A stretch of DNA of 63,875 nucleotides, counting the filler, from Collodictyon triciliatum (Eukaryota): assembly GCA_043381765.1 (NCBI GenBank). It is 5 parts of 4 records of this genome, joined end to end, with 100 filler letters (N's around TTAATTAATTAA, not from the genome) between each part and the next. Parts side by side here need not be neighbours in the genome. Positions count along the whole stretch, not along the records: positions 23,635 to 41,986 come from JBHJMP010000442.1; positions 42,087 to 55,778 come from JBHJMP010000442.1; 3 more parts are not named here. One strand, written 5' to 3'. Below, one piece after another: positions 28,963-42,220 of this stretch; the first letter of the stretch is position 1, and every line of letters starts with the position of its first letter. The notes under the pieces were generated by a model. It was not told the origin of the DNA, ran no database searches, and saw nothing but the letters and a program-made list of their open reading frames with translations. Both the position numbers and the translations under genes were made by a program.

Positions 28963-31851
28963 CTAATTATACGCGCCCATATCGGCGAGCGAGCTCATAA
29001 ACTGCATGAATTCCTCCTCCTGTGGGTCTTTGCTGCCTTCCGGGGCGGTGCTGCGGGCTGCTGGGAGTTGGGCGGGGGCTTTGGGCACCGACGGGACGGC
29101 GTTGAGCGGCTTCGGACGCGGCGCAGTGGCGGGATTCCCCTTCTTGAGCAGAGCCGGCGGGATGAAGCGCTTGATTCCCTCGTTGATGACAACCTCTTTC
29201 TTGTAGATGCTCGCCGACGAGCTGATTTCGGCCGTGGATATGATGGGCTTTGCCTGCGCCGGTGCCGCGGCCGGCTTTGCTGCTTCTGCGTCGGGTGGGA
29301 TGTTTGCTGTTCTCTGGTGGGCGGCAGAGACTGGTATTTGTGCTGCAGGGGAGGGTAGGTTGTGGTGAAGAAGTGTATATTGAAAAGACTGGCAATTACT
29401 GTTGAGATGATACATGGCCTTCTCTCAGAGTTAAAGTTTGTGGGTGAAGGAAAAAAGAAAATGAGGAGGGAAGTGCTCCTTGATTTAATAATGCACTGGG
29501 TGAGTTTGCATAGGTGATGGGCAAATGTGGCGTCTCGAAAAGAAATTGTATATATATAAAGGCATGCAATTGTTTGCCAAACGAGTGAAGTTGCACAAAA
29601 AAAATAAAAATAAAATATGTAAAGAGATGGGAAGGGATGTGGATGAAACATACAAGGAGGTTTCGGCCCGTAAATTCCTGGGGCAAAGCCACTTGGCGGA
29701 TAGAAAGCAGGCGGATACGGTGGAGGGGCGTAGCCGAATCGGGGTGGCGGAGCAGAAGGCGGAGGAGGCGGAATGGCAGGCGGTACTGCAGATGGCGGTG
29801 GATTCTGTGGCGGAGGCGGAGGAGGAGGAGGATGCTGATGTTGGTGCTGATACTGATGCTGGTATTGATGCTGGTATTGATGCTGCTGCTGATGTGGTGG
29901 ATTAAGCCACGGGGCAGTTGCGATGGGCGGAGGGACGGGCGCAGGATGTGAGAGCCACGGAGGAGCATTGTGGGCAGGTGCGTAGGAATAAGGCGGATAT
30001 GCGGGCGGGTAGTGCGGCTGTGCAGGAGGTTGGGAGGTCACGGGCCTGTCCCATGGGCTGCGATGGTCGGGCTTCTGATTGCTGCTGTCCTTGTCGGTGT
30101 CCTTTTCTTTGTCTTTGTCACCATCTTGGTCATCTTCGTGCGCAGGGTCAGAATCGGAGTCGGAGTCGGAGTCGGAGTGCGAGTTGCGGTCGGAGTTGGA
30201 GTTAGAGTCGGAGTCAGAACCGAAGTCCGAGTTGTCGCTGTCATCTGCCGAGTCGTCCATCGGGGGCGGAGGCGGAGGCGGAGGCGCATCGTCATTGCCG
30301 TTGTAGTTGGGCGAAAGCGGCGGAGGCGGTGGGGGAATAGACTCGATTGTATCGTCATTGTCAGAGTCGTCCGGCGGTGGTGGGGGCGGGATAAAATCAG
30401 GAGGCGGTGGTGGAATTACGCCAAGGCCTGAATGGATATGCGTTCAGAATTTTGCAGATAGTCAAGCTACTTTGTGCGAGAAAGCAAATAACGAAGGGAG
30501 GGGTGTCATGCGCGGGGAGGTGTTTGGGATTTCAAATGAATACGAAAATGTTGCAAAGGAGAAAAAAAAGTAAGAACATATATATTGAGACAGCGAAGGG
30601 GATAAAAAAACAGGGCGAAAAGCTTCAACATGCGTGAGGCTTGCTTGGGCCATGATGTGGCTTGGAGGTGTTCAGAATGAGAATATTCTTTATGATGGTC
30701 ATGGTATCGAGAAAACCTGAAGGAGGTGGAACGGCGCCAGACGAGTTCTGTATTGACGACGACTGGCCTCCATTTGCCTTTGTTGAAGAGCCCAGTATGC
30801 CACTATGTTTGTTTTTTTCATGAAAATTTATTATATTTGAACGATTTGACTTTGATTTGCAATAATGTAGGGACTGATTTAGTTCATTGATTAAGTAGCG
30901 CGTGGCCCGATAAGAGGATACTCTCCAGAGAAACATATATGGGCAAATTCCAAAGACAAACCGTATCGTTATTGGTGTTGCTGTGGATTCACTGGCGGGA
31001 TTTTCCTACACGCGAGAAAGAAAGAAAAAAGAAGGCTCATGAGTTACAATTATTTCCTCGTGATATCAAAGAAAATCGGTCCCTTCTGGATGGGTTTGTA
31101 TTTGTGCATTGTGTTTGGTATGAATAGAAAGTAAGGGTCGCCGTGAGTAAGAGAATAATTACGGTCTTTCGCTTCATGGCAGCTGCGTATTGATCTTCCA
31201 ACTGGCGCATTTTGTGTTGGCTTCTTTTGTCCAACATCTGCTTCGCATCTTATTTTTAAATTGCAATTTTTAAAATGTTAATTGGTGGAGATGTAAAAAG
31301 AACAATAAATACAAAGAATTGTTTGGATAATGCATTTGAGGAACCACTAGGAAATTAGAATGTTTGATGCCTTCTCTAGAATATGAAGTTTATTTTCCAT
31401 TATCATTTATATATATATATATATGTATGTATATCATAACCGGTGGGATATTCTGTTGTAGAAGAAAGCATAACCGACCCATTAATTTATATTTGTCTAT
31501 TTGTTCGCGAAGCTCTTGCAGATCCTTACGGTCCATAATGGCCTGTCTGATTTTCACGCGGTCTTTTTTGTTCTATTTAAATATAAAAAGGGGGTATGAG
31601 AAAAAGACAATGTTTATGACGAGCGTGATTTAAAAAAAAAAGGGCTGCTCGTCTCAATAAAGCCTTTTTCTGTCCAGTAAACGCTTCGGCATACATGTAA
31701 GAAAAAAAACAAAGCAAAAGATTACTTGTAATATGAGAGATAAAATAACTCTTGAAAAAAAGACAACCTTTTTTAGTTCCTTTTTGCGAAGCTCCTTGCG
31801 GTATGCATCTGTTGGGTTGAGGGCCTTCCCTCCCTTGGTTGTCTTTCCCAT
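28963..31851 (-). CDS. WBP11: WW domain-binding protein 11 (Npw38BP/SIPP1-like splicing factor)
   Basis: N-terminus [28 protein letters not shown], a Pro-rich and acidic middle region, and a C-terminal KRFIPPALL...[16 protein letters not shown]. Confidence 0.88.
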
Positions 31852-32654
31852 CTGGCCTAGAAGAAAGAAAAGTAGTGCGCTGTCTCGTGATCCTCCTTGC
31901 TGGAGAGAAAAAAGACTTCAAGCTTCGGATGCGCGTTGTGTTTGGTTCAGAAAATACTTTCTCATACCTTATATAAAAAACAAATGTGGATTCTAAATAT
32001 AACAACGGTTTTAATCAAACAATAGCTGTCTTGTCCCTTTTTAAGTTCAAATGTTTAATAGATACATATACTAGATTTTATCGACAATTCTTGGTTCTGT
32101 GTGATGAAAGATTCCAGCCTTTTCTCGTTAAGTTATACCTCACGGTTGGTATGCAGTCGGCGAGTGGCCAGATTGCTGAGAAGTTGGTAATCAGGGATTG
32201 CATCCTGCGCTTCGGCCTGTCGCCCGGTCTTATGCTTGCACGAGAGGCAAGGCGTAGGTAAGTATCAAATCAAACCCTTAAATCCAGGACCTTTTCCCAT
32301 GTGTTAGAATATCACGCTTGAAACATAATAACCCGAACGAGATTCTTGGAATCACGGCACGTTTTTGCGCTTGCCCTTGAGATTCCCAAAGCACAAGAAA
32401 CCTCATTAGTCACATAGCAAATAATACGGTATTCCTAACGAATCTCTCGCCGAACCACCAAACCAGCTGAAAGTTTTAATCAATCGGCGGGGGTATATAA
32501 TTGCAAATGCAAACATCTGCTCGTGAGTATAAAGAGGAATCGATAGCATCAACACCACCACCAACAAGAATAATAATATCACCACCAGATAGTAAAAATT
32601 GGCGAAAAGCAAGACTTGACCCAACAAACTCTTCTTTCACGTAGGTTCCACAGC

Positions 32655-33851
32655 ATGGGGGCAGGTCATTCAACGTCGCTCGAGAGCAAGCACTTTAGTT
32701 TTCGTCTTATCCACGGATTCTCGCGGAAGTATTTTATGAGCGGTGATCATGTTGACTTTCTCGTGCAGCTGGATTTGAAAAAGAAGCTAAGTATTGCGCG
32801 AATTGTTGTTCTCATACTCGGGAGGGTAAACACACACTGGTCAGAAACAAGGACCGTGACAAACTCGGAGGGGAATAGCGAAACAGAGACGGATCATTTC
32901 TATGGAGAAAAGGACTACTTCAGACATGAGACAACAATATTTAGTGCCCCAAACCCCGCAATAGGACAAGAATGTGGGCCTGGCCCACTTCAGCTCAAAT
33001 GGGCATTTGACTTTCCATCTGATGTGTCTATGCCAACTACATTTAGGTCTGTTGATGCCAATATATCGTTAAAAGCAATCGCCCAAATCTATCGTGCAGG
33101 AAAGGAAAATCCTGAGCTTAACTTCGTCGAACTAGAGTTTTATCAACCATTGTCACCTAATCTTCCAGCTTTAGTTGCTCCGATATACCAAAGAGCCTTG
33201 GAGCCTGACTCCTATTTTTCGAGCTGCTGTTGTTGTGATTCAGAAACCGAAAGTCTCCAAAAAATTCATGTTACAATTCGTTCTCCACACTTCGGGTATG
33301 CGCCTGGACAAAAAATGCCCCTTGAAATCATTATTCAATTGAACGGCGATGTTATGATGCAAACTTCTCCATCTACAAATGCTGGGCCCTCAAATATGAC
33401 AACACCGGTGCTGCAGGAGAGCAAACAGTACAGCAACGTTTACCGAGAGATAGTAGGAGTACGGGCGCTCATCAACTTTATGGCCGATTACCGAGACGAC
33501 AACTTCGAAACAAAAACTTTAGTTCTTCAGAACTTACCACCGGTATCAAAAACTCTCGGGAATGGTCCAAATGGAATAGTTCGTATCACACCAGGTAATC
33601 CCGTGGTAACGTCGCTAGATTTGACCATTCCAAAAAGTTCATCGACAAGTATACTTAATGCACCACTTGTCATTGTGCGACCCTACTTACATATTGCAAT
33701 CGACGGTACGAACGAGTCGCCAGTTATACGGTGTTCCTTTCCTTTCGCTGTGACATCGAGCCCTGAAGATTTAACTGATTTTACCGGTGCATTCCCAGCT
33801 CTAAATGCTGAAGCCATCCGAAAATACGGTATAGATTTTAGCTACACATAA
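32655..33851 (+). CDS. Arrestin-domain (alpha-arrestin-like) protein, intronless CDS, probable 5'-UTR intron 32258-32644
   Basis: Arrestin_N-like segment FMSGDHVDFLVQL...ILGRVNTHWSE...FYGEKDYF...WAFDFP...PTTF and arrestin_C-like GYAPGQKMPLEI...LTIP. Starts MGAGHS. GTAAGT donor at 32258 and TTTCACGTAG acceptor just before the ATG. Confidence 0.78.
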   Translation: MGAGHSTSLESKHFSFRLIHGFSRKYFMSGDHVDFLVQLDLKKKLSIARIVVLILGRVNTHWSETRTVTNSEGNSETETDHFYGEKDYFRHETTIFSAPNPAIGQECGPGPLQLKWAFDFPSDVSMPTTFRSVDANISLKAIAQIYRAGKENPELNFVELEFYQPLSPNLPALVAPIYQRALEPDSYFSSCCCCDSETESLQKIHVTIRSPHFGYAPGQKMPLEIIIQLNGDVMMQTSPSTNAGPSNMTTPVLQESKQYSNVYREIVGVRALINFMADYRDDNFETKTLVLQNLPPVSKTLGNGPNGIVRITPGNPVVTSLDLTIPKSSSTSILNAPLVIVRPYLHIAIDGTNESPVIRCSFPFAVTSSPEDLTDFTGAFPALNAEAIRKYGIDFSYT

Positions 33852-34756
33852 GTTATACCGCATGATATCGAGTTTCCGCGCCATAGCCTTCACCTGGAGA
33901 AGACGACAAAAGAAAAAAAAACAATAAAATTACCGAATGCCGAACGAGGTATGAGCTTCCAGATTTTTTTCTTTTTTACACCTCACTTTCATCTAGTGAT
34001 ATTTTCATCTTAGCACACGACGACAGATGAATATCTTTCGCATCAATGAGAAATGCCTATGTAAAAAAAGGTGGAGTGTTGAGGGAAAGGAGATAGGTTA
34101 GGGATATTGCTTGACCCCTTACATTTTATTCTACGGAGTACTGTATGAATGGAATCTGGCAAGACACGTCTTACACAGTTCGATGAACAAACAATTGTAC
34201 CGCACAACTTTTCCCTACCGCCCGCATTCGCTGTAGTGTATGGTTCAGCGGATAGCGCAGTTTACGGGCCCAAGTAACGTTGAACAGTACCACACACCTG
34301 CAAGTTGCCCAAACCTTATCTCTGTGCATGTACCTCAATGTTTAAGGCTGATAGTGAATATGCCCTTCCTTTCAGTTCTCTGCCATGATTTATAGCGCTG
34401 TGTGATACCAAACCGTTTGCGAATAACCCTTATAGAACTCTTCGCAATCGGGGGTTATCGCAATCAAAAGTTACATATTTTCCATGTTGTATAGCACACT
34501 TGTGGAATTTTATGTTGTTCGCGAATTCAATCGGCAATTCAAATCAAAATGGCATCTTGAAACACCAAATGTCAGATCGAAACACCCCTTCTTTTGTGCA
34601 AACCGGCGCACCCAGCAAGCCTTTCTTCTTTGCCAAACTCCGTCTGCCTCCCCACTTCCGTGTTCTCAGAGTAACAGAGGGCGAGTCTTTCCGAATATTT
34701 ACCAACTCGTAGCACGGCTTCTTGTTCATACAAACCAAGAGCCTGTCCCTTCTGCG

Positions 34757-36167
34757 ATGTCAAACGAGACTGCACTCCTCGAGGAATTGTGTTTGATGAC
34801 CAGAGCACCCACCGCGACAGATACCCTCCAGGACCTCACTCGACTTGAAGACCTTAAAATGAAAAGGCTTCGCTTCGCGCCTCGCGGGATCTTCTTGCTG
34901 ACGCGCTTGGTTCACCTGGATCTCCATCAAAACCAGTTGGCATCACTGCCACCGGAAATATCGTGTTTGACACGTCTCAAGAGCCTTTGTCTCTATGAAA
35001 ACAGACTGAGATCACTTCCACCAGAAGTATCACACTTGAACAGCCTAAGGTCCCTTGACATTCACATAAACCAACTCTCCTCCCTACCGATCCAATTCCG
35101 CCTAATGACTGGACTTGAAGAGCTTAATCTCTACGATAACGAGTTCTCATCATTGCCCGCGGAGATACCCTTCTTAACAAGCCTCACATATCTTGGTCTT
35201 GAATGTAATCCGGTATGCTTCATTTTGATATTTTTTTTTGAATAAAAATTCGGTATTGGCAGTGGAGTTGACTGATAACAAGGAATACAGATAGAAGAGC
35301 TTCCGCCACAAATCACAGCACTCACAAACCTGAGGGAGCTCATTATTGTTAGCTTCTGCGAGCAGACCATTAAGAGAGGACCGCGGGGGATAAAAAATCT
35401 CCCATGCTGGATAAGTGAAGAATTCGGGAACTATGAACACATCTGGGGCTTAAATTACTACGATACGGTCTGTAATTCTAGCCTGAAATATATCTACAAT
35501 GTACTCTTACAATATGTGCAGATTGATTCGAAAATGGAGTGCGGATGGACACCAACTGACTTGCAAGTCAGATACAAATCGCTGAGTCTGTTCGGAATGA
35601 GTCTCACCGGATTACCGGATAGTTTCACACTCATGCGGAATCTGACTTATCTATGTCTTGGGAATAATTGCGTAATATTCATAATATAATTTCTCGTGCC
35701 AACCGGTACTTACCATAATTTACAGTTGGCTTTATTTCTAGAATCAACTCATTATATTTTATCTATTGCGCATCTGAATATCCTTCACCACTCGGTGACG
35801 TAACCATACAAGAAAAAGCATTAAGCTATTCTCGACGAATTTTGACCTGTTTCTGTTCAACTTTGATTAAAATCTATGTTTGTAAATGAAATAGCTGTCC
35901 GATTTGCCCGATGCCATCAATCAATTGTGCAACCTTGAAATACTGGATATCTCAGACAATATGGTGCGACGCAGTTTAAATATTCCAAACTTTGACATTC
36001 TCCATCCGCCCCCTGGTTGATTTTTCATGGTTCTTTAAAATTACCTTTTTACTACCTCCATTCGAAGGCTCTCGTCATATCCCATCGCTCATTTTGCTTT
36101 TTTTTTCTTCTCATTCTTATTACAGATAGTTATGCTCCCTTCATTCACCCATTGTGGAGAATCTTAG
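34757..36167 (+). CDS. Leucine-rich repeat protein (23-aa LRRs), 6 exons
   Basis: Tandem LxxLxLxxNxLxxLPxxI repeats in exon 1, then phase-0 exons 35291-35467, 35523-35671 (approximate), 35726-35794, 35895-35963 and 36126-36167. Confidence 0.85.
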
Positions 36168-37336
36168 ATAAAAATCAGAGGATATAATTCATATGCATAT
36201 GATGAAGTTCAAAAAAGGGTAAAGTCAAACAAGTATGAAAGTGGAGTATGTGAGACGTCTTCTTTTGTCATGACAGTTGATGATGGACTTTGCAATGGTA
36301 TAGCAAAATAACACAGTAATTAAAAGTCCGTCATATAAATATGTAAGTCTTTTACACTCTCTGGGTTGCTCTCTGCTTTGAGCGCCCTAAAATGATATCG
36401 AGCATCTGAAGTCAAAAAAATTATGATTTAATAATTACAGCAGATAATGAGCTGAGAAGAAATAAATGTAAAGCCGAATCGCCAAGCTCTTGTTGTGGTG
36501 GGTATATAATCAAAAGCTTGAGATAAAGGGAAATCCTTGTGGCTTTCAACAATCGCATATAAACATTTGGAAAGGAACAAATCCTTGACACCCACGCCGT
36601 TTGTGGTGTGTGATGGCATCCTTGGAGTTCCAACACAGTAATCCACTACACCTGGAGATGGCAAGTTTTTTTTTTTTTTTTTTGTTATGCGTCCGGTGGC
36701 GATAAAAACTTGTGCCATCGCACCGGGGTATTCTCGGGAAAGAATAAAATGAAGGTATTGATATATGTTCAATAAGGATGTTGCATTTGAGAACAGAATG
36801 ATAATCAGCCCCAGTCTTGTAGAACAAGGATGCGAAGACTTAGGACGACTTTAAACACTGCGTGCATTACAATCTGGGGTGTAAATGTGTGATACATTAG
36901 ATGAGCAAGACTCTTAAGTGCACGAACCAGAACAGGACGTTTTTATCGCTTTTTGATTATTTATTTGTTTCTATTCGTCGCGGCGGCAGAACGGATAGTA
37001 TTCTCGATTTTTTCATGCTGCTTACCACGCGCCATACAAAGCACTACCCATGGTTTGGATTGCATTCGAAAACAGAGCCGCTTTTACAAGGTCAACATAG
37101 ATACTTCACACAGGAACACGGATGAGGCAGCCACTTTGGAAAGGACACAGAGCGAGAGTTGTGTCTGTTTTCCTGCTTTGCGCTTGCATACAAAAGACTC
37201 TCTTTGGAGATGCTATGTAGCCCAGACAACGTTCCACACTGGTAGAGTGGCGGTTTGCGTCAAATGAAACATTTGTTATCCTTTGCGAAGTGACAGGTGA
37301 GTAATATCTACAGACATACACACTGCAGTGCCTCTC

Positions 37337-37378
<42 letters not shown>
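37337..37378 (+). repeat. (ATG)n microsatellite
   Basis: Directly visible tandem repeat. Confidence 0.95.
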
Positions 37379-37380
<2 letters not shown>

Positions 37381-37663
37381 ATTTTTTCCAACAAGCATAC
37401 ATGAAGGGCAAATTGCTTGCGTGAGACACAAATAGTTCTCTTGTCCTGGACCAGTCTCATACTTTTGAATCGGGCTTTCAATATGCTTCTTGCATCCTTC
37501 ACATTATTTTTCCGCTCAGCCACGCATTTGGGCATCATTGCACTTGACTGTGGAGAATAGAAAACTATGCGGTCGACTGTACGCAATGGCCGCACGGGTC
37601 ATTACCTTCCTATCCTGCTGTATGGTTTTCATTCTTTAATATCACGGTATGGGCCTAAGCAAT

Positions 37664-38870
37664 TTAAGGAGTCAGGCGCTTGGGGTCGCGGGGGAACATG
37701 GAGGTCTTGCGGATGTTGTGGAGTCCGAGGAAAAGCATGACCACGCGCTCCAGTCCGATGCCGGCACCACCGTGCGGAGGAGCTCCGTGGCGGAAAGAGT
37801 CGATGTAGTAGCCGATGGAAGCGACGTCTAGATACCGAGTTAGTGCGGGGATGCAAAGGTGAGTACGCTGCGACGAGACATCCCAAGTCAGGGTTGAAGT
37901 GCACAATATAGGTGCCGAGGTGCTGGGCTCGATGCAGGTCTATCATGCAGGGGCTTCGAAATGATCGGCGCCAGGAGCATGGACTAAAAAGAAAAAAAAA
38001 CTGAAAAAACGAACCGATTCCTTTCGCACGGGCACGCGTCTCGAGGAGTGCAGGGTCGTGGACGCGCTGTGAGCCGGACGTGATTTCTTCGCCGCGAAGG
38101 AACCAATCGTACGAGTTTGTGTAACGCTGTAGGAGTAGGCATGTGCGTGAGTGAGCGGGAGAAGCTAGCATGGAATACCGTGTGTTCCTTCTGTATACTG
38201 AGCCACGATGTGGAGGCCCTTTTGACCAGTATCAACTGAGAGAAAATATCAAAGAATTCTGTGCACCAACCTCGTCGTCATGGCAGGGCATTGTGTAGAA
38301 GGGTCGGGCGTCAGCAGGATAGCGAAGAAGCACGTAGAATTCTGTGTTGTACTTATCCATGACAAGTTTTCCGAGAGCTTTCTCTTGCGGGGTGCTATCC
38401 GTGAATGTCAGAGATCAGTTAAAAAATAGGAAGAAGAAAAAGGAAGAAAAAAAAGGAAGAAAAAAAGGAAGAAAAAAAAGGAAGAAAAAAAAGGAAGAAA
38501 AAAAAGGAAGAAAAAAAAGGAAGAAAAAAAAGGAAGAAAAAAAAGGAAGAAAAAAAAGGANNNNNNNNNNNNNNNNNNNNNNNNNNNNNNNNNNNNNNNN
38601 NNNNNNNNNNNNNNNNNNNNNNNNNNNNNNNNNNNNNNNNNNNNNNNNNNNNNNNNNNNNNNNNNNNNNNNNNNNNNNNNNNNNNNNNNNNNNNNNNNNN
38701 NNNNNNNNNNNNNNNNNNNNNNNNNNNNNNNNNNNNNNNNNNNNNNNNNNNNNNNNNNNNNNNNNNNNNNNNNNNNNNNNNNNNNNNNNNNNNNNNNNNN
38801 NNNNNNNNNNNNNNNNNNNNNNNNNNNNNNNNNNNNNNNNNNNNNNNNNNNNNNNNNNNNNNNNNNNNNN

Positions 38871-38924
<54 letters not shown>

Positions 38925-41362
38925 GTGAAGTGAAGGAATAAATGTCACCTCAAGTCATCAAAGTCACCGATTTCGATTCCAGCTTCACGAAGCATTTTGA
39001 TACCCTATCGATAAATGTCGCACAAAGAGAAAGCATTTGATAGCATCCCAAATTAGTTTGACAGATAATACATTGACACAAGCAGAAAGTTTAGAATGCA
39101 TGAATATCACAGTTTCTATCTTCCTCACCTCGGGGTATGTGAGGCGAAGAGTAGGCTTGGTGTACTTGAGGGGCTCGAAAGGATACTGCTGCGAGATAAC
39201 TTCGAGTTCCTTGGCATATCGCTGGTTGATTCCGTCAAAGATATACAAAAACATGCTCTCCAGTACATCGACGACCTGTGTAAAGTGCTGAGTTAATATC
39301 GGAAATAAAGAATTTCATGGCTTCGTTTTATTTCCTAATAAATTAATGAATCTTCCTTGAATCACCTCCAAATAATTCTCCTTGAATGCCATTTCCATAT
39401 CCAGTCCAACAAACTCGGTCATGTGACGGTGGGTGTTTGAGTCCTCAGCACGGAAGACTGGTCCAATCTCGAATACACGGTCCAGGTCAGAACAGACAGC
39501 CATCTGCTTGTAGAGCTGGGGTGACTGGGCGAGGCATGCGTCGACTGTGTGTGTCATTACGAGAATTAAAGATGAATGACCATAGCCATCGCGCCATTGA
39601 AAATGAGGAAAAAGAGAATTCTATTATTTAAAAGAGGCGCACTATTCTGGGACAAAGATTGTGAATTCGAGGTAGTGGCAGCAACGCACCGTTGAAGTAC
39701 TTGAGCTTGAACACATTAGCACCACCCTCAGATGTTCCTGCAATCAGCTTGGGAGAGTGGATTTCCACAAAGTTCTGGGAGTATAGGTATTCTCTGAACA
39801 GAAGGCCGACAGCAGACTGAATGCGCATGATTGACTGGTTGGCGGGTGTCTAAAGAAAATAGAAGAAAAAAAAGTCATGGGTTCATATTTTTTTTTTAAT
39901 AAAAGATCCTTTAATTTTGACATTTCAAAAATCAATTGAAGTAAGCCATTATGTAGCAAAGAAGCAATAATGCAATAGTATTTAGCATACACGGAGGTCG
40001 ATCCAGCGGTAGTCAAGACGGGTGTCCTGGTTGACACGAGGGCGGCTCTGCACAATTTATTTGAATACAAAATTCAAGTGTCAATCATGGGCCAATAAAA
40101 GAAATTGAGATAAAGGCCATGACATGCCACTGCATGGGATGAAGACGTGCCCCGACAAGCAGGAAAATGAATCATCAGTGCAATTTACCTCGTCTTCCTC
40201 CTGGCCCTCGATTTCGGGGCGGGAGGCATCTTCGATTTGGAAGGGAAGTTGGGGCACGGAGGCCGAAATGGTAAAGATCTTGAGGACAGAAAGCTCAATA
40301 TCCTTTTGCGATGTGCTTTCAACCTTTGCCTCGGAGACGATGCCCCAAACATCAACGATGGATTCTTTGGTAATGCTCCCGGCATATTTGATCATCTCCT
40401 TGGTGGTGCTGTTGGTGCCAACAAACATAGTCGCCTGTGCAGTCGAGAACTGATCGCGGATGACGATGAAGCAGTTATTACCTGCGTATCAGCTAGTAAG
40501 AATCGCTCATATTTGGAGCCAAGAGGTATAGAAATATCAGACAGATCGTCTTCATCACAGTTGGATCATCACGTTGGTTGTCGACTGCATAGATACTCGT
40601 TATATTAAAGATGATACGCCTGGCAAGGGCAAACAAAGAAAATGAGACAAATAGCAATAAAAAAGAAGTTAAAATAATAGGCGGACAACATTTAAAATTA
40701 CCCTTGGAGCGAGAGTTGTGGAGACGGCCACGAACCCAGACGCTTTTCCCTATCAGAGAGGAGTTGAGCTGGCTAACACGGACAAACTCGCGGGTCGTAT
40801 CATACTGCGACTGGACAAGCGGCAGATCGCCAAATATGTCGGTGTTGAAGTCCCCGGCGGTAACTTTAGTTGCGGGCTAAAGAAAAAAAAAAGAGTATGA
40901 ATAGAATCCAACGTGAGGTCACTCTTGGGCACAGAATCAAGAAGAGAAAGCACAGGAGAGGAATGTGGCTGAAAAAGGACCACTGTGTGGTTGTATCCTA
41001 CCTCCTGTTCAGGACGCCCGCGTCCTTTGGCGCGCTCCTCCTTCTTTTTCTCCTTCTCGTCCTTCTTCTTCTCCTTCTCGTCCTTCTTCTTCTCCTTCTC
41101 ATCTTTTTTCTTCTCCTTCTTTTCCTTCTTCTCGTCCTTGGCTTCGCTTGGCTCGGCTAGTGCAGCTGTGGGCTTGGCTTTTGCCTCTGGGGCCTCCGAG
41201 ATTCCCAGACTCTGATCGAGCTTGTCGGCTGTGGCGTGAAGATTAGTGGGCGTGCGGGAGTTGGTGTGCAGCAGCAGCAGCAGCAGTTATGGGTGGGGTT
41301 GTTTGTTCGGACTCACGCGTGACACCAGCAAGGAATGCGTAGAAGTAGAGGCTGTTGGACAT
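37664..41362 (-). CDS. DARS1: Cytosolic aspartyl-tRNA synthetase
   Basis: OB-fold ([22 protein letters not shown]), [13 protein letters not shown], motif 1 FVEIHSPKL...[19 protein letters not shown], motif 2 [35 protein letters not shown], and motif 3 [13 protein letters not shown]...[10 protein letters not shown]. Confidence 0.97.
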
Positions 41363-41889
41363 GTTTGGCTTCGAAGTGGACCTCCTTGGAAGAAAAAGAG
41401 GTTAAGAGGCCAAGTACAACTGCGGGGTGATATGATTGCGTCTGATATATGAAAGCAGCTTGTCGACTGATCATATTACTGCATCGAGTGGGACATCCCT
41501 TGTTTTGTTTGGCGTGTGTGTGCCTGTCATTGGTTTTGCTTGACAAAGTCAGACACTTGGATATAAAGGCGTGTTTTCAAAGGGTGGCACGAACGGGGGC
41601 TTTTTATACACCGCACAGGGATTCTCTGAGTCGTCTTCTTTGTACTTGAATCGTCCTCTGCTCTGGGTTGCTCGTGGCGATTCTCAGGCAGATCGCGTTA
41701 TACGATCCAGGGTTGAGAACTGCACACGATTCGATTGATTCGAGGTGTGGTCAAGCCGAAAATTCAAGGAAATCAATAATACAGTATAAAATCCATCATA
41801 TAGATTATATGATATTAATACGATTTTTTCTAGGTATAGGGTGGAGTAGACCTCTGCCAAATCTGAGGATGGTACTTGTTTTCTCTTGA

Positions 41890-41986
41890 ATGTATGTATG
41901 TATGTATGTATGTATGTATGTATGTATGTATGTATGTATGTATGTATGTATGTATGTATGTATGTATGTATGTATGTATGTATGTA
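41890..41986 (+). repeat. (TATG)n microsatellite
   Basis: Directly visible tandem repeat next to an assembly linker. Confidence 0.95.
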
Positions 41987-42220
41987 NNNNNNNNNNNNNN
42001 NNNNNNNNNNNNNNNNNNNNNNNNNNNNNNTTAATTAATTAANNNNNNNNNNNNNNNNNNNNNNNNNNNNNNNNNNNNNNNNNNNNTTTCATATGAAAAC
42101 AATAAGAAATTTCAAAGATCTTACTAATTCACACTTCTCTCTCTCTTTTTTTTTTTTTTTGTCAATATCATTTTTCACATGTAAACCAGCCCAAAGGCAG
42201 AGGTGAGATTGATCTGAAAG

